Virus record (IMG/VR): IMGVR_UViG_3300037743_000091
Length of the DNA: 64,000 nt
Origin: a virus
Lineage: Duplodnaviria; Heunggongvirae; Uroviricota; Caudoviricetes
Reading direction: 5' to 3' (one strand)
The position numbers were made by a program, and so were the translations under genes. The notes under the pieces are model-generated. The model searched no databases and was not told the DNA's origin. It saw nothing but the letters and a program-made list of their open reading frames with translations. The stretch's first letter is position 1, and every line of letters starts with the position of its first letter. This document shows, one piece after another, positions 44,168 through 53,401 of the stretch.

Positions 44168-44581
44168 ATGACAACCAAGGAAACGGTTATCGACGCTGAG
44201 AGCGTCGCGAAGTTGTTCGGTGAGTGCGTTGCCAAGCGCGGGCGTGACTACACGCACCCGAGGACGCGATGCGTTTACTTCGAGTACGACGGCACTCCCT
44301 CGTGCGCTGTGGGATGGATGCTGAACCGGGTGGAAGTCACAGCCCAGACGTTCGAGGACATGGGTTCGATCCCGGGCAAGTACCAGATCGGCGGGGGTGT
44401 GGTGGACCCGAACGATGCCCGCTTCGAACTTCTGTGGGAGCACCTGGAGATGCACACGCAGCTCCGGTTCACCGAACACGCCGTTCAGACCATCGCCCTC
44501 ATTCAGTCTGAACAGGACGGTATGACGCCCTACGGGGAGATCCTGGACATGGTGAAGGATGAGCGGGAGGACGCCTCATGA
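44168..44581 (+). CDS. Hypothetical protein (137 aa)
   Basis: GAGGAGAAGAG RBS. Confidence 0.5.
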   Translation: MTTKETVIDAESVAKLFGECVAKRGRDYTHPRTRCVYFEYDGTPSCAVGWMLNRVEVTAQTFEDMGSIPGKYQIGGGVVDPNDARFELLWEHLEMHTQLRFTEHAVQTIALIQSEQDGMTPYGEILDMVKDEREDAS

Positions 44582-44802
44582 AGGGTGTCACGAGCTACGA
44601 GGACATCCCGCTCCACCTTCACGGTAAGGAGTGGGTCCGCGTCTACGTGAGCCCTGAGGGAGCTATCTGCCTTGAACCGGTGTCTCGTACGCCGATTGGC
44701 ACCACTCAGCGGGGCGATTACATGCCGCTGCACCCGGATAAGGCCGAGGAATTGATTAAGGCACTCAAGCGTGCATTGCGTCGCTCGAAACGGGGGAACT
44801 GA
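44578..44802 (+). CDS. Hypothetical protein (74 aa)
   Basis: ATGA overlap. Confidence 0.45.
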   Translation: MKGVTSYEDIPLHLHGKEWVRVYVSPEGAICLEPVSRTPIGTTQRGDYMPLHPDKAEELIKALKRALRRSKRGN

Positions 44803-44969
44803 TGGAAACGAAATGCCGACCCTGTAAGGGTTACGGCTTGGTGGGTCGGAACTACGCAACCAAAGGAGGAAATACCGCTATCTCTCCTGATAAGTGCAAG
44901 GCGTGCAAGGGGACGGGGTTAGTGGAATTCCCGGGAAGTAGTAACAACACAGGAAAGGAGAAGAAGTAA
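44802..44969 (+). CDS. DnaJ-type zinc-finger miniprotein (55 aa), not in the ORF track
   Basis: Read manually: two CxxCxGxG repeats (CRPCKGYG, CKACKGTG). TGATG and TAATG overlaps with neighbours. Confidence 0.45.
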   Translation: METKCRPCKGYGLVGRNYATKGGNTAISPDKCKACKGTGLVEFPGSSNNTGKEKK

Positions 44970-45223
44970 TGCTAGTCGATCTGGAGGAGATGGACAACTA
45001 TGTCGGTAGTCAGCCCACACCGAGTCCTCAGCACCTTGAGGACGGGTGCATGGAGTGCCGTTCGCTCGTGGCGCTCAGAACCCTCGTGGAGTTCGCCCAG
45101 GGGGTCGAGAGGCTGACTCAGGAAGCGTTCAAGGAGGCCCAGGAGTACAAGTCCCCCGAGGAGGACGCCACGGTGGACGCCGCAGATCTGCGGTCGATCC
45201 TGCGGGTCCTGACAGGAGGCTGA
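44969..45223 (+). CDS. Hypothetical protein (84 aa)
   Basis: Coupled start. Cys pair CMEC. Confidence 0.45.
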   Translation: MLVDLEEMDNYVGSQPTPSPQHLEDGCMECRSLVALRTLVEFAQGVERLTQEAFKEAQEYKSPEEDATVDAADLRSILRVLTGG

Positions 45224-45226
45224 GAC

Positions 45227-45436
45227 GTGGCCACAGTCGCACATGGGCGGCTCGGGAGTATCCACACGGAATCAGATATCTGTGCCCATACGGGGCGCAC
45301 TCTGGCTATCGCGCTGGACGAGGCGGCCCAGTGTGCGGGGGTTCCTATGACGGTCCTCGAACGCACGAACATGGTGTCAAATCTGAAAGGCGGCAACGCG
45401 GCCCCGTTCAAGGGGATTGGCTTCGCCGCCAAGTGA
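45227..45436 (+). CDS. Hypothetical protein (69 aa)
   Basis: GTG after AGGAGG. Confidence 0.4.
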   Translation: MATVAHGRLGSIHTESDICAHTGRTLAIALDEAAQCAGVPMTVLERTNMVSNLKGGNAAPFKGIGFAAK

Positions 45437-45526
45437 TCTGACGCGCTCCATACCCTCACGGCCGGTAAGTCGTGGGGATTGGAGTACGGCGGACCTGACC
45501 GTACGAACACAAGGAGATGAGTACCG

Positions 45527-45934
45527 ATGATCCAGATGTCTCAGCGTGGCCTTGATCTGCTGACCGCTGCCCTGGAGTCCGGAGAGTACGAGCAGGGACG
45601 CGGGAGGCTGCACTACCTGGAGGACGGCAAGGAGAAGTTCTGCTGCCTCGGCGTTCTCTGCCGGGTAGCTCTCAAGGATGGCGCGGAGGTGTCCGAGGAG
45701 TCCGCGCCCTACGGTGCAGTGGAGATCTACAAGTACGACACCCGGTCCACGATGCCTCCCCGGTCCGTCCTGGACCACTTCCAGATCACGGAGGGGGCGT
45801 CCGACGAAGAGGCACGGGCGAATGACGTCTTCGAGCTTCTGACGCTGGTCGCCTGGAACGACACCACCGAGTCCGATCACAAGAACTTCGTCGAGATCGC
45901 GCAGGAACTCCGTGCGCGCGTCGTGGTCGTCTGA
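45527..45934 (+). CDS. CCLGVLC-motif protein, paralog A (135 aa)
   Basis: AAGGAGATG RBS. Shares SQRGLDL-TAALESGEY, CCLGVLC and WND ... HK.F.EIA.ELR with the next gene. Confidence 0.5.
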   Translation: MIQMSQRGLDLLTAALESGEYEQGRGRLHYLEDGKEKFCCLGVLCRVALKDGAEVSEESAPYGAVEIYKYDTRSTMPPRSVLDHFQITEGASDEEARANDVFELLTLVAWNDTTESDHKNFVEIAQELRARVVVV

Positions 45935-46014
45935 CACGCTCCATACCCTCATGGCTCACGTCATGGGGGTTGGAGTGTGGCAGATCGGCTGCTACCTCAC
46001 CGATGGAGGAAAAA

Positions 46015-46457
46015 TGGGAATCAGGATGTCCAAGCGCGGTCTGGACCTGTGGACCGAGGCGCTGGAGAGTGGTAAGTACCCCCAGGGTGAAGGGTGGCTG
46101 TGCCAGATCAGCGGGGAGGACGAGGGGAAGGCCGAGTGGTGCTGTCTTGGCGTTCTCTGTGACGTCGCGATCAAGGACGGTCTCCAGCTCGAACAGGAGA
46201 CTGGGCGGTGTCACGATGAGTGTGGCGACGACGCTCATTCTCCGGTGGTCAAGTTCGCCGGATACGACGCGACCTTGCCTCCCGAAGTTCGCGACCACTT
46301 CGACTTCGAGCAGGTCGTAGAAGGTTTCGGTGGGGCACACGAGTACATCAGCATCCACAAGCTGATCAAGTGGAACGACTCCAGCCTCTCCCACGAGCAC
46401 AAGACCTTCCCGGAGATCGCCGCGAAGCTCCGCGAATTCGTGGAAGTCATCGACTGA
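46015..46457 (+). CDS. CCLGVLC-motif protein, paralog B (147 aa)
   Basis: GGAGGAAAA RBS. Tandem duplicate of 45527..45934, including the conserved leader GACRCGCTCCATACCCTCA. Confidence 0.5.
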
Positions 46458-46513
46458 CCCACGCCGGACTCAAGTACGCGTCCCCCACCAATAAGAAAGG
46501 AAAAATCCCACCC

Positions 46514-46630
46514 GTGGAATGCATCGGCTGGCTCCTGGTCATCTTCTGCGCCTACGTTCTCGCGCAGGATGACATTTCCGCATTTCTTGCCCGTAGGCGA
46601 GCTGACAAGAATCGCCGTCGCAACTCCTGA
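46514..46630 (+). CDS. Possible TM micropeptide (38 aa)
   Basis: GTG 8 nt after AAGAAAGGAAAAA. VECIGWLLVIFCAYVLA helix. Confidence 0.3.
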   Translation: MECIGWLLVIFCAYVLAQDDISAFLARRRADKNRRRNS

Positions 46631-46647
46631 AAGGACCGGCAGCACGC

Positions 46648-46794
46648 ATGGATTCACTCCTGGAAACTCTGGGCCTCATCGCTATGATTCTGGCCGCTCC
46701 CGTCGCCATTCTTCTGCTCCACCACGGAGGTGACCTGCTCGACGCGATCGCTACCCGTATCCGGGGGAACAGGAAGGACAACTCCGATGACTAA
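46648..46794 (+). CDS. Small membrane protein (48 aa), not in the ORF track
   Basis: Read manually: MDSLLETLGLIAMILAAPVAILLLHHGG ... Confidence 0.35.
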   Translation: MDSLLETLGLIAMILAAPVAILLLHHGGDLLDAIATRIRGNRKDNSDD

Positions 46795-47065
46795 GTGGGA
46801 CCCGGCGCTCACCCCTGCACAGCGGGCCAAGCTCGATCAGCACGTCACCTACCTGCGCGAGATCGGCCAGGAAGAAGCCAAGAAACGGGCTCAGAGCGCT
46901 CTGGACGATCTCGCACGCAGCGATGATCTCGGGGCTCTCGTGGGCTGGCTTGTAGCCATCGAAGAGGCGTTCCACGCCCCGGCTACCTGGTCGTGGGAGG
47001 ACGAGGGAGGCCACTGGCACGCCACCGTGACTCTCGAACGTCTCACCCCCGACTCAAGTACGTGA
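46787..47065 (+). CDS. Hypothetical protein (92 aa)
   Basis: ATG overlapping the upstream gene end. Confidence 0.45.
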   Translation: MTKWDPALTPAQRAKLDQHVTYLREIGQEEAKKRAQSALDDLARSDDLGALVGWLVAIEEAFHAPATWSWEDEGGHWHATVTLERLTPDSST

Positions 47066-47075
47066 AGGAGATCGG

Positions 47076-47306
47076 ATGATCTCAGATCGAAGCGAACTCA
47101 GTAAGGGGCGGGCGTGGTCGGCGGCGCTCCTGGCCTCCCTTGGATCAGCTTTCGGATGCTTCGAACTGGCTCAGGTGGAGGCACAGGAGTCCAGCTCCTT
47201 CCCGACCGCCTGGGCGATCATGACAGTGGTCTGGGCCCTGTCCGCCATCGCGTCATCCCTGAACGCCGGAGCGGCTTTCCGCGCTCATATCAAGAGCAAG
47301 CGCTGA
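47076..47306 (+). CDS. Membrane protein (76 aa)
   Basis: GAAGGAG RBS. Two hydrophobic helices. Confidence 0.45.
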   Translation: MISDRSELSKGRAWSAALLASLGSAFGCFELAQVEAQESSSFPTAWAIMTVVWALSAIASSLNAGAAFRAHIKSKR

Positions 47307-47308
47307 CT

Positions 47309-47512
47309 CACGTGCATCACGACCCCCAGGGTATCGAGACGGCTATCGCCAAGGCCCTGTTTCACGACCGCACGCATCCGTTACCGGAATTTCAGGAATG
47401 CGCGTGCGTGTGCCCGGAGTGTTTCACCACGCAGGAGACCGAGAGTAGAACGGACTGCATCTGTCCGGAATGTCCGTGCCATGAGTACGACGTTCCTCTC
47501 CATCCCACCTGA
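47309..47512 (+). CDS. Possible Cys-rich miniprotein (GTG start uncertain)
   Basis: CACVCPEC ... CICPECPCHEY. Confidence 0.3.
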   Translation, partial: HVHHDPQGIETAIAKALFHDRTHPLPEFQECACVCPECFTTQETESRTDCICPECPCHEYDVPLHPT

Positions 47513-47639
47513 CAATCCCTGATACATACGTACCACGCGATACCCCGTCACGCATCACGCGTCGGCGGGGTATTCGTGTACTCCCATCTGCCCCTGTACC
47601 CTCACCGTAGGACCCATCGGAACGTGTTACATAGGAGAC

Positions 47640-48068
47640 ATGAATATGGAGGGTCAGGAAGTAGTTCCAGAGGGAATGTCCCAAGATGGGCGGTGTACGG
47701 CGACCAGCAGAAAGACCGGTGATCGGTGCGGCGCGATGGCTATTGCGGGGGGCCGCGTATGCCGTTATCACGGGGGAGGAGCGCCCCAGATCAAGCGTAA
47801 GGCGCAGCTCCGACTTCTTGAATTGATCGAACCCGCGATTGCCACACTGGCGCGGGAAATGGCTACGGCGGAAAAGTCGGCCGACCGGCAACGCGCGGCG
47901 AACTCGATCCTCGACCGCGCGGGTATGCCCCGTACCCAGGTGGTGGACGCGGGTGTGGCGAAGGATCTGCTCATGGCCCGTATTACGTCGATGCGTAAGC
48001 GGGGCCTCGCCTCGAACCTGTCCGAGGACCACAAGGTCATTGAGCAGAAGAGCGGGGATGACGAATGA
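47640..48068 (+). CDS. Zinc-ribbon DNA-binding protein; possible small terminase subunit
   Basis: RCTATSRKTGDRCGAMAIAGGRVCRYHGGGAPQ motif plus helical basic C-terminal half. 142 aa, size and position compatible with TerS. Confidence 0.4.
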   Translation: MNMEGQEVVPEGMSQDGRCTATSRKTGDRCGAMAIAGGRVCRYHGGGAPQIKRKAQLRLLELIEPAIATLAREMATAEKSADRQRAANSILDRAGMPRTQVVDAGVAKDLLMARITSMRKRGLASNLSEDHKVIEQKSGDDE

Positions 48069-48220
48069 GTACAGCATTCATTGCCTGGTGTGACCTGTGT
48101 GAGGAAACCGGCCCGACGTTGAAGCGCAAGGCGGGTGGAGCCGTCCTCGAAGATCAGGACGAGTGGACTCGTTGGCTGATTGACCACGAGTACCACGGAT
48201 TGGAGTTGAGGCACGAGTGA
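48065..48220 (+). CDS. Small Cys-containing protein (51 aa), not in the ORF track
   Basis: ATGA and GTGA overlaps with both neighbours. WCDLCEE. Confidence 0.35.
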   Translation: MSTAFIAWCDLCEETGPTLKRKAGGAVLEDQDEWTRWLIDHEYHGLELRHE

Positions 48221-48693
48221 CGCCTACGCGAATCAAGACTCAAGCATCAGTTCAGGTATCCGAGCTATGGAAGTGTGGGTGCCCCACTCTCCCGGGTGCT
48301 CCGGTGGCGGCCTTCGAAGCGGAAATGGACCTGACGCTCCGGGGGAACCTGAGCCCAGATGCAACCCAGTTCATTAACTACTCAGTTGACTGCACGCTCG
48401 ACGGTCAGCAAGCACGGGATCTCTTGCCTCCGTACGCGGCAGTAGAAGCGTGGATTCCGGGACTCGCCTCGATTACTTGTGAAGGGTACGAGGACGAGGA
48501 CGAGGGCCCCACTAAGTACGGGTATCTACTGTTGCCCCGAGTTGATCACGGGGCGCTGACGTTCGACGGGAACAAGTGCAAGCACCTCGTCTCGCGGCTC
48601 TCCCCGGTCCCGTGGAATACCCACCTGTTCATGACGATGACCCCGTATGAATGGGAGACTCCGGATCTGAACTTTGATTATTCTCGGAGTTGA
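48217..48693 (+). CDS. Hypothetical protein (158 aa)
   Basis: GTGA overlap. Confidence 0.45.
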   Translation: MTPTRIKTQASVQVSELWKCGCPTLPGAPVAAFEAEMDLTLRGNLSPDATQFINYSVDCTLDGQQARDLLPPYAAVEAWIPGLASITCEGYEDEDEGPTKYGYLLLPRVDHGALTFDGNKCKHLVSRLSPVPWNTHLFMTMTPYEWETPDLNFDYSRS

Positions 48694-48842
48694 GATCGAC
48701 CCGACTCAATACTTCGACCATTCTCCTAGGCTCATGTGGCTCACGGAGGATCAGTATTGGACCTGGGTTTGCATGGTCTGCGAATCCGCGTGGCCTTGGT
48801 TCTGTGTAGAAATGCCCGAATACGAAGGAGAAGATTACGACG

Positions 48843-49235
48843 ATGACGAGTAAGGCGATTGTGACGCACGGTCAGGCATCCGGGGAGGGGCCGGGAATGC
48901 TGATCGTTCAGACCGGCGTTCGCGCAGATCGGGTCACCCTGGAGTCCTACGACGGTGACACCTCGAAGGTTCACCTGAATCATGGGGCTGTCCTGGACCT
49001 GATCCTGGCGCTTACCGGCGCTCTCGCGTACCGACCAACTCAGGTGGTCGATATCGCGGCCCCGGAGGGTTACGAGGTCGAGGAAGTGTCCGAGGCCAAG
49101 ACGGAGGCGACCGACCTTCTGCACCGTGAGGAAGGGGCCGACTACCTCACCCTCGGGAACGATATCGTCGAGAGCCTTATCGCCATGGGATGGCGTCCCA
49201 CGTTTTCCGAGGAAGGAAACAAGAATGACAAGTGA
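48843..49235 (+). CDS. Hypothetical acidic protein (130 aa)
   Basis: GAAGGAGAAG RBS. Confidence 0.45.
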   Translation: MTSKAIVTHGQASGEGPGMLIVQTGVRADRVTLESYDGDTSKVHLNHGAVLDLILALTGALAYRPTQVVDIAAPEGYEVEEVSEAKTEATDLLHREEGADYLTLGNDIVESLIAMGWRPTFSEEGNKNDK

Positions 49236-49881
49236 GACCCCTGCCCCGCGCCGGACTGAATACGTGCGCCTCGCTGAACTCAAGGTGAATCCCCGGAATC
49301 CCAAGAGTCACAACCTGGAGGAGATCGACGCCTCCGTAAAGCGGTTCGGGACCATCGACCCCATCGTCCGGGACGACCGAACCGGGTACATCATCTCTGG
49401 GCACGGGCGGCGCGAGACGTTGACCCAGATGTTCAAGCGAGGAGAAGATGCGCCGGACGGGGTGCTCGTGAACGAGTCCGGGGAGTGGATGGTCCCGGTA
49501 GGCGTGGGCTGGGCGAGCCGAACGGATGCCGAAGCCACGGCAGCTCTTATCGCCCTGAACAGGACGACGGAACTGGGAGGCTGGGTGGATGACTCGCTTC
49601 TTGATGCCCTGGATTCGCTCGACGACTACTCGGGTGTGGGTTTCACGGAAGAAGACATTGAGGCGCTTCGCGTACTCACTGATCGCGTCAACGAGGATGG
49701 CGGGGAGCGCGACCTGGACGCACTCGCTGAGGAATACGGAGCCGACGACGAGGAGAACCAAGCCAACGACGCCCTTCGCAAGGTGACGCTGAATCTCCCG
49801 CGCGTTCTGGCCGAGCAAGTGGAGGAGGCGTTGGCCGACCAGGACCACGCGGAGGTAGTGGCCCAGTGGCTCCGCCCGTAA
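49229..49881 (+). CDS. ParB-like nuclease-domain protein adjacent to DpdA (DpdB-like candidate)
   Basis: ParB N-terminal box (LKVNPRNPKSHNLEEIDASVKRFGTIDPIVRDDRTGYIISGHGRRETL). Acidic C-terminus. Immediately upstream of the TGT-like gene. Confidence 0.55.
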
Positions 49882-49920
49882 GTGATGGAGGACCCCGTCA
49901 AGTCACAGCGTTAGGAAGAC

Positions 49921-51192
49921 ATGACTCACAAGCGACCCTCTCTCTCCCCAGAGGATCGACGCCCAGATGGCCCGAGACAGGTGGTCGCCGTGAGTAAGTC
50001 GAGTAACGCGGACCCGAAGGTGTTCGCCTCGCCCCTGAACACTCCGAATGACGTCGTGACGCTCGACGAGCCCACGGACATCCTGTGCAGCTACCACTAC
50101 TTCTCGGACGTGGATATGGCGCAGGTTCACGGTTGGGGGACGCGCATCATCGGGGACTCCGGGGCGTTCTCGGCGGAGACCTCCGGCAAGCCGATCGATC
50201 GTGAAAAGTTTCACGAGTGGGCAGCTAAGTGGGGTGACTCCCTGTGGTGGGTAGCGTCTCTCGACGTGATCGGAGACGCCTCAGCAACTCGCCGGAATTG
50301 GGAAGCTGCCCAAGCAGACGGCCTGAACCTCGTACCGTCGATCCACTACGGCGCGACAGTTAGCGACCTGGATTGGTACGTGGAGCAGGGCGTGGACTTC
50401 CTGGGCCTCGGGGGAATGGTCGCGTACTCCTCGGAGAAGGCGCGCCTGATGCGCTGGCTTATTCCCCTCTTCCGGCACGTTCGTGATCACGCCCCGCACG
50501 TCCGGTTCCATGGCTGGGGGATCAGTCACCCTGAGTTGCTGGACAAGCTGCCCTTCTACTCCACGGACTCCTCCGGGTTCTCCTCTGCATTCAGGTTCGC
50601 TACCTTGCGTCTGTGGGACGTGGACAAGGCACGCTTCTACACGGTGGACCTGGACGGGAAGGAACCGGCGAAGTACGCCCGACTTCTGCGTGAGCACTAC
50701 GGGATTCACTGGAAGAAGATCGCCGTATCTACTCCGGAAGTGCGCCGCGATCTCGGGCGCGTTGCCGTGAAGGCCGTTCAGCATTATGGACGGTGGCTTC
50801 GTTCTCGTCAGCAGGTGACGGCTCCACAGTCGCTCGTGGATCGGCCGGGCGCTCCGCGCCCGGCCGTCGTAATGGCGTTCCCTGGAACTGCGCAGAATCT
50901 AGCTGTGCAGCCTCCCGACGAGGGTCCGTGGCAGGTGAGAAGTGCTATGGGTAGATCTAACTCTCAGGCTGTCCACCCAGAGGGAACGGGTAGTTTGCCA
51001 CGTTCTGGAGAAGATGGGCCCATGCAAGTTGCTGCCGTGGGTCGAGATACCAAGGTCTCTTTTGTGATCGACGGACCCCGAAAAGAAGGCCCTCACGCGG
51101 TAACCGCATTTGGTGTGGGGCAAGATGCAAAGGTGCTCATTCCTCCTCCGGATGAACACTGGCCGAAAACTAACTCAGGAGAAAATCAATGA
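49921..51192 (+). CDS. dpdA: tRNA-guanine-transglycosylase-like DNA 7-deazaguanine transferase (DpdA-like)
   Basis: 423 aa TGT-fold candidate (ILCSYHYF, GDSGAFS, DFLGLGGM). Directly followed by queC/queD/queE/folE. Confidence 0.55.
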   Translation: MTHKRPSLSPEDRRPDGPRQVVAVSKSSNADPKVFASPLNTPNDVVTLDEPTDILCSYHYFSDVDMAQVHGWGTRIIGDSGAFSAETSGKPIDREKFHEWAAKWGDSLWWVASLDVIGDASATRRNWEAAQADGLNLVPSIHYGATVSDLDWYVEQGVDFLGLGGMVAYSSEKARLMRWLIPLFRHVRDHAPHVRFHGWGISHPELLDKLPFYSTDSSGFSSAFRFATLRLWDVDKARFYTVDLDGKEPAKYARLLREHYGIHWKKIAVSTPEVRRDLGRVAVKAVQHYGRWLRSRQQVTAPQSLVDRPGAPRPAVVMAFPGTAQNLAVQPPDEGPWQVRSAMGRSNSQAVHPEGTGSLPRSGEDGPMQVAAVGRDTKVSFVIDGPRKEGPHAVTAFGVGQDAKVLIPPPDEHWPKTNSGENQ

Positions 51193-51878
51193 CCAATCAC
51201 CTCGTTGTTCTGTCCGGCGGAATGGACTCGACCGTTGCTCTCGCTACGGCGTTGCGGGATATGGAATTGGGGGACACCGTTCAGGCGGTTTCCTTCTCGT
51301 ACGGCCAGCGGCACAAGAAGGAATTGGCTGCCGCTCGGGCGGTGGTGGATTACTACACAGGCATTCCGTACCGCGTGATCTCGCTCGACGGGCTCATGTC
51401 CGGATCTGCGCTTCTGTACGAAAGCAACGTTCCGCAGGGGCACTACGCGGAAGAGAACATGAAGGCCACTGTGGTTCAGGGCCGTAACCTCTTGTTCGCC
51501 TCGGCTGCTGTTGCCGCGACCGGCTCTGACGGGGACGCGAAGGTGTGGCTGGGCGTTCACGCAGGTGATCACCCGATCTACCCGGACTGCCGACCGGAGT
51601 TCTGGAACCGTCTCCGGGGGCTGGTGTTCGACGCCTACGGGGTCACCCTGTACACGCCGTTCCTCGGCATTTCCAAGGCTGACGTCGCTAAGCGAGGAGC
51701 CGCGCTGAACGCCCCTCTCGGGCTCACCTGGTCGTGCTACGAGGGTGGCGAGATCCACTGCGGTAAGTGCGGGACGTGCGTCGAGCGCGCCGAGGCGTTC
51801 CACCTCGCCGGAGTTCCTGACCCGACGCCGTACGCGGATGCCGACTTCTGGCGGGAGGCTGTGAAGATCGTTGTCTGA
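51189..51878 (+). CDS. queC: 7-cyano-7-deazaguanine synthase
   Basis: PP-loop VVLSGGMDST. Zn-binding CYEGGEIHCGKCGTC at the C-terminus. ATGA overlap with dpdA-like stop. Confidence 0.85.
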   Translation: MTNHLVVLSGGMDSTVALATALRDMELGDTVQAVSFSYGQRHKKELAAARAVVDYYTGIPYRVISLDGLMSGSALLYESNVPQGHYAEENMKATVVQGRNLLFASAAVAATGSDGDAKVWLGVHAGDHPIYPDCRPEFWNRLRGLVFDAYGVTLYTPFLGISKADVAKRGAALNAPLGLTWSCYEGGEIHCGKCGTCVERAEAFHLAGVPDPTPYADADFWREAVKIVV

Positions 51879-52278
51879 TCCGACGATCGTCATAGGGTGC
51901 GGTGCCGCGAAGCTGGACCACGCGGCACCCGCCCGTGACCTGTACATCGGACAGCAATTCCGTATGGCGCGTCGAGTCGTTGAATATCGAGGATATGACT
52001 GGCTCATTCTGTCTGGGAGACATGGGCTTCTATATCCCGAGGAAATAATTCGCCCTTATGACTACTTCCTGGGTGATTCAGTTCCTCGAAGGAAACTACT
52101 AACGAGGCTACTTACTCTCCAACGGAGTAAATGGCCTAAGGGCCAGATTGAATCCTGGTGTGCTCGCAGGTATACCCAAGCCATGAAAGAAGCCCGAATG
52201 CCCGTGGTGTCTGCGCCCCTTGACGGATTGGGAGTCGGGGAGTGTTACACATGGCTCTACGAAAGGATGTTTGTATGA
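51871..52278 (+). CDS. Hypothetical protein within the queuosine-precursor cluster (TTG start uncertain)
   Basis: 135 aa. N-terminal IVIGCGAAK strand-like segment. Coupled to queD (ATGA). Confidence 0.4.
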   Translation: MSDPTIVIGCGAAKLDHAAPARDLYIGQQFRMARRVVEYRGYDWLILSGRHGLLYPEEIIRPYDYFLGDSVPRRKLLTRLLTLQRSKWPKGQIESWCARRYTQAMKEARMPVVSAPLDGLGVGECYTWLYERMFV

Positions 52279-52730
52279 CGCGCTCAGTCACCGTGAGGCA
52301 CAACTTCGAGACCGGGCATCGCCTCCCTCACCTGGAGGGCAAGTGCCAGTCCCTCCACGGGCATTCGTGGTGGGTAGAGGTCACGGTTCAGGCCCCGGGT
52401 GATCCGGGGATCGTGGTCGAGTTCGGCCCGTTCAAGAAGGCGATCCGCTCGTGGATCGATGACCACCTTGACCACGGGCTCATGCTCGGGCTGAACGATC
52501 CCCTACTTAAGACGCTCGCCGCGCACGGGAAGGTGTTCGCGTTCAGTGAGCATTACGGCGGCTGGCCGACCGTGGAGAACGTCGCCGGACTCCTGGCGGA
52601 GATCTCTCAGGACGCTCTCCGAACGTTCACCCGTGCGCATGATGCGCGTGTGGAGCGCGTGCGGGTGAGTGAGACCTCAGTGAACGCCGCTGAGTGGATC
52701 AACGACGCACCAAAGACGTGGGAGCGCTAA
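52275..52730 (+). CDS. queD: 6-carboxy-5,6,7,8-tetrahydropterin synthase
   Basis: HNFETGHRL ... CQSLHGHSW (Cys-x3-His-Gly-His). Confidence 0.85.
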   Translation: MTRSVTVRHNFETGHRLPHLEGKCQSLHGHSWWVEVTVQAPGDPGIVVEFGPFKKAIRSWIDDHLDHGLMLGLNDPLLKTLAAHGKVFAFSEHYGGWPTVENVAGLLAEISQDALRTFTRAHDARVERVRVSETSVNAAEWINDAPKTWER

Positions 52731-53401
52731 TGCATCTGAATATTTCAGAACATTTCTCCGGAACCATTCAAGGGGAGGGACGCTACGCCGGGCACCTTGC
52801 GTCCTTCCTGCGCGTGGCCGGATGCAACCTGACGTGCTCGTGGTGCGACAGTGCGTACACCTGGGATTGGGGCAAGTACGACCACGCCCAGGAAGTGCGG
52901 CAGATGGAGATCGAGGAGGTCTCCGACGTCGTGCGCCGGATGAAGGGGCGCATTGTCGTTACGGGAGGCGAGCCTCTTCTCCAGTCCGCAGGTCTCGGGT
53001 ACGTACTGAGCCGGTTTGCTGATACGCGTCTGTTCGATCTGGAGACGAACGGAACGCGACCTCTCGGGGCCACGCTGGGAATGTGGGCGTCAATCACGTG
53101 TTCACCGAAGGTCATTCCATCGGCCGATCAGGGAAACCTCGCCCGGCGCATTCACGCGGACATGATCAACTACGCGGACTTCAAGTTCGTGATCCGGGAC
53201 GGTGCCGACCTCGACGCTACGGACGCGTTTATCGAGGAACATGGGATTTCGCCCTCTCGGGTATGGCTCATGCCCGAGGGAACGAACGCTCAGACCATTA
53301 CCGACCGAACTCCGGCCGTGGCGAATGCCGCTGTGGACCGGGGTATGAACTTCTCCTCACGGCTGCACGTGTACGCCTGGGGCGACGAGAGGGGGCACTG
53401 A
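52730..53401 (+). CDS. queE: 7-carboxy-7-deazaguanine synthase (radical SAM)
   Basis: CNLTCSWCDS radical-SAM cysteine triad. TAATG overlap. Confidence 0.85.
   Translation: MHLNISEHFSGTIQGEGRYAGHLASFLRVAGCNLTCSWCDSAYTWDWGKYDHAQEVRQMEIEEVSDVVRRMKGRIVVTGGEPLLQSAGLGYVLSRFADTRLFDLETNGTRPLGATLGMWASITCSPKVIPSADQGNLARRIHADMINYADFKFVIRDGADLDATDAFIEEHGISPSRVWLMPEGTNAQTITDRTPAVANAAVDRGMNFSSRLHVYAWGDERGH

Noticed and set aside
46467-47064. Short repeat GACTCAAGTACG after the stops of genes ending at 46457 and 47065
   Set aside because: Only 12 bp, two copies, no obvious structure. Probably a remnant of the local duplication events rather than a functional site.
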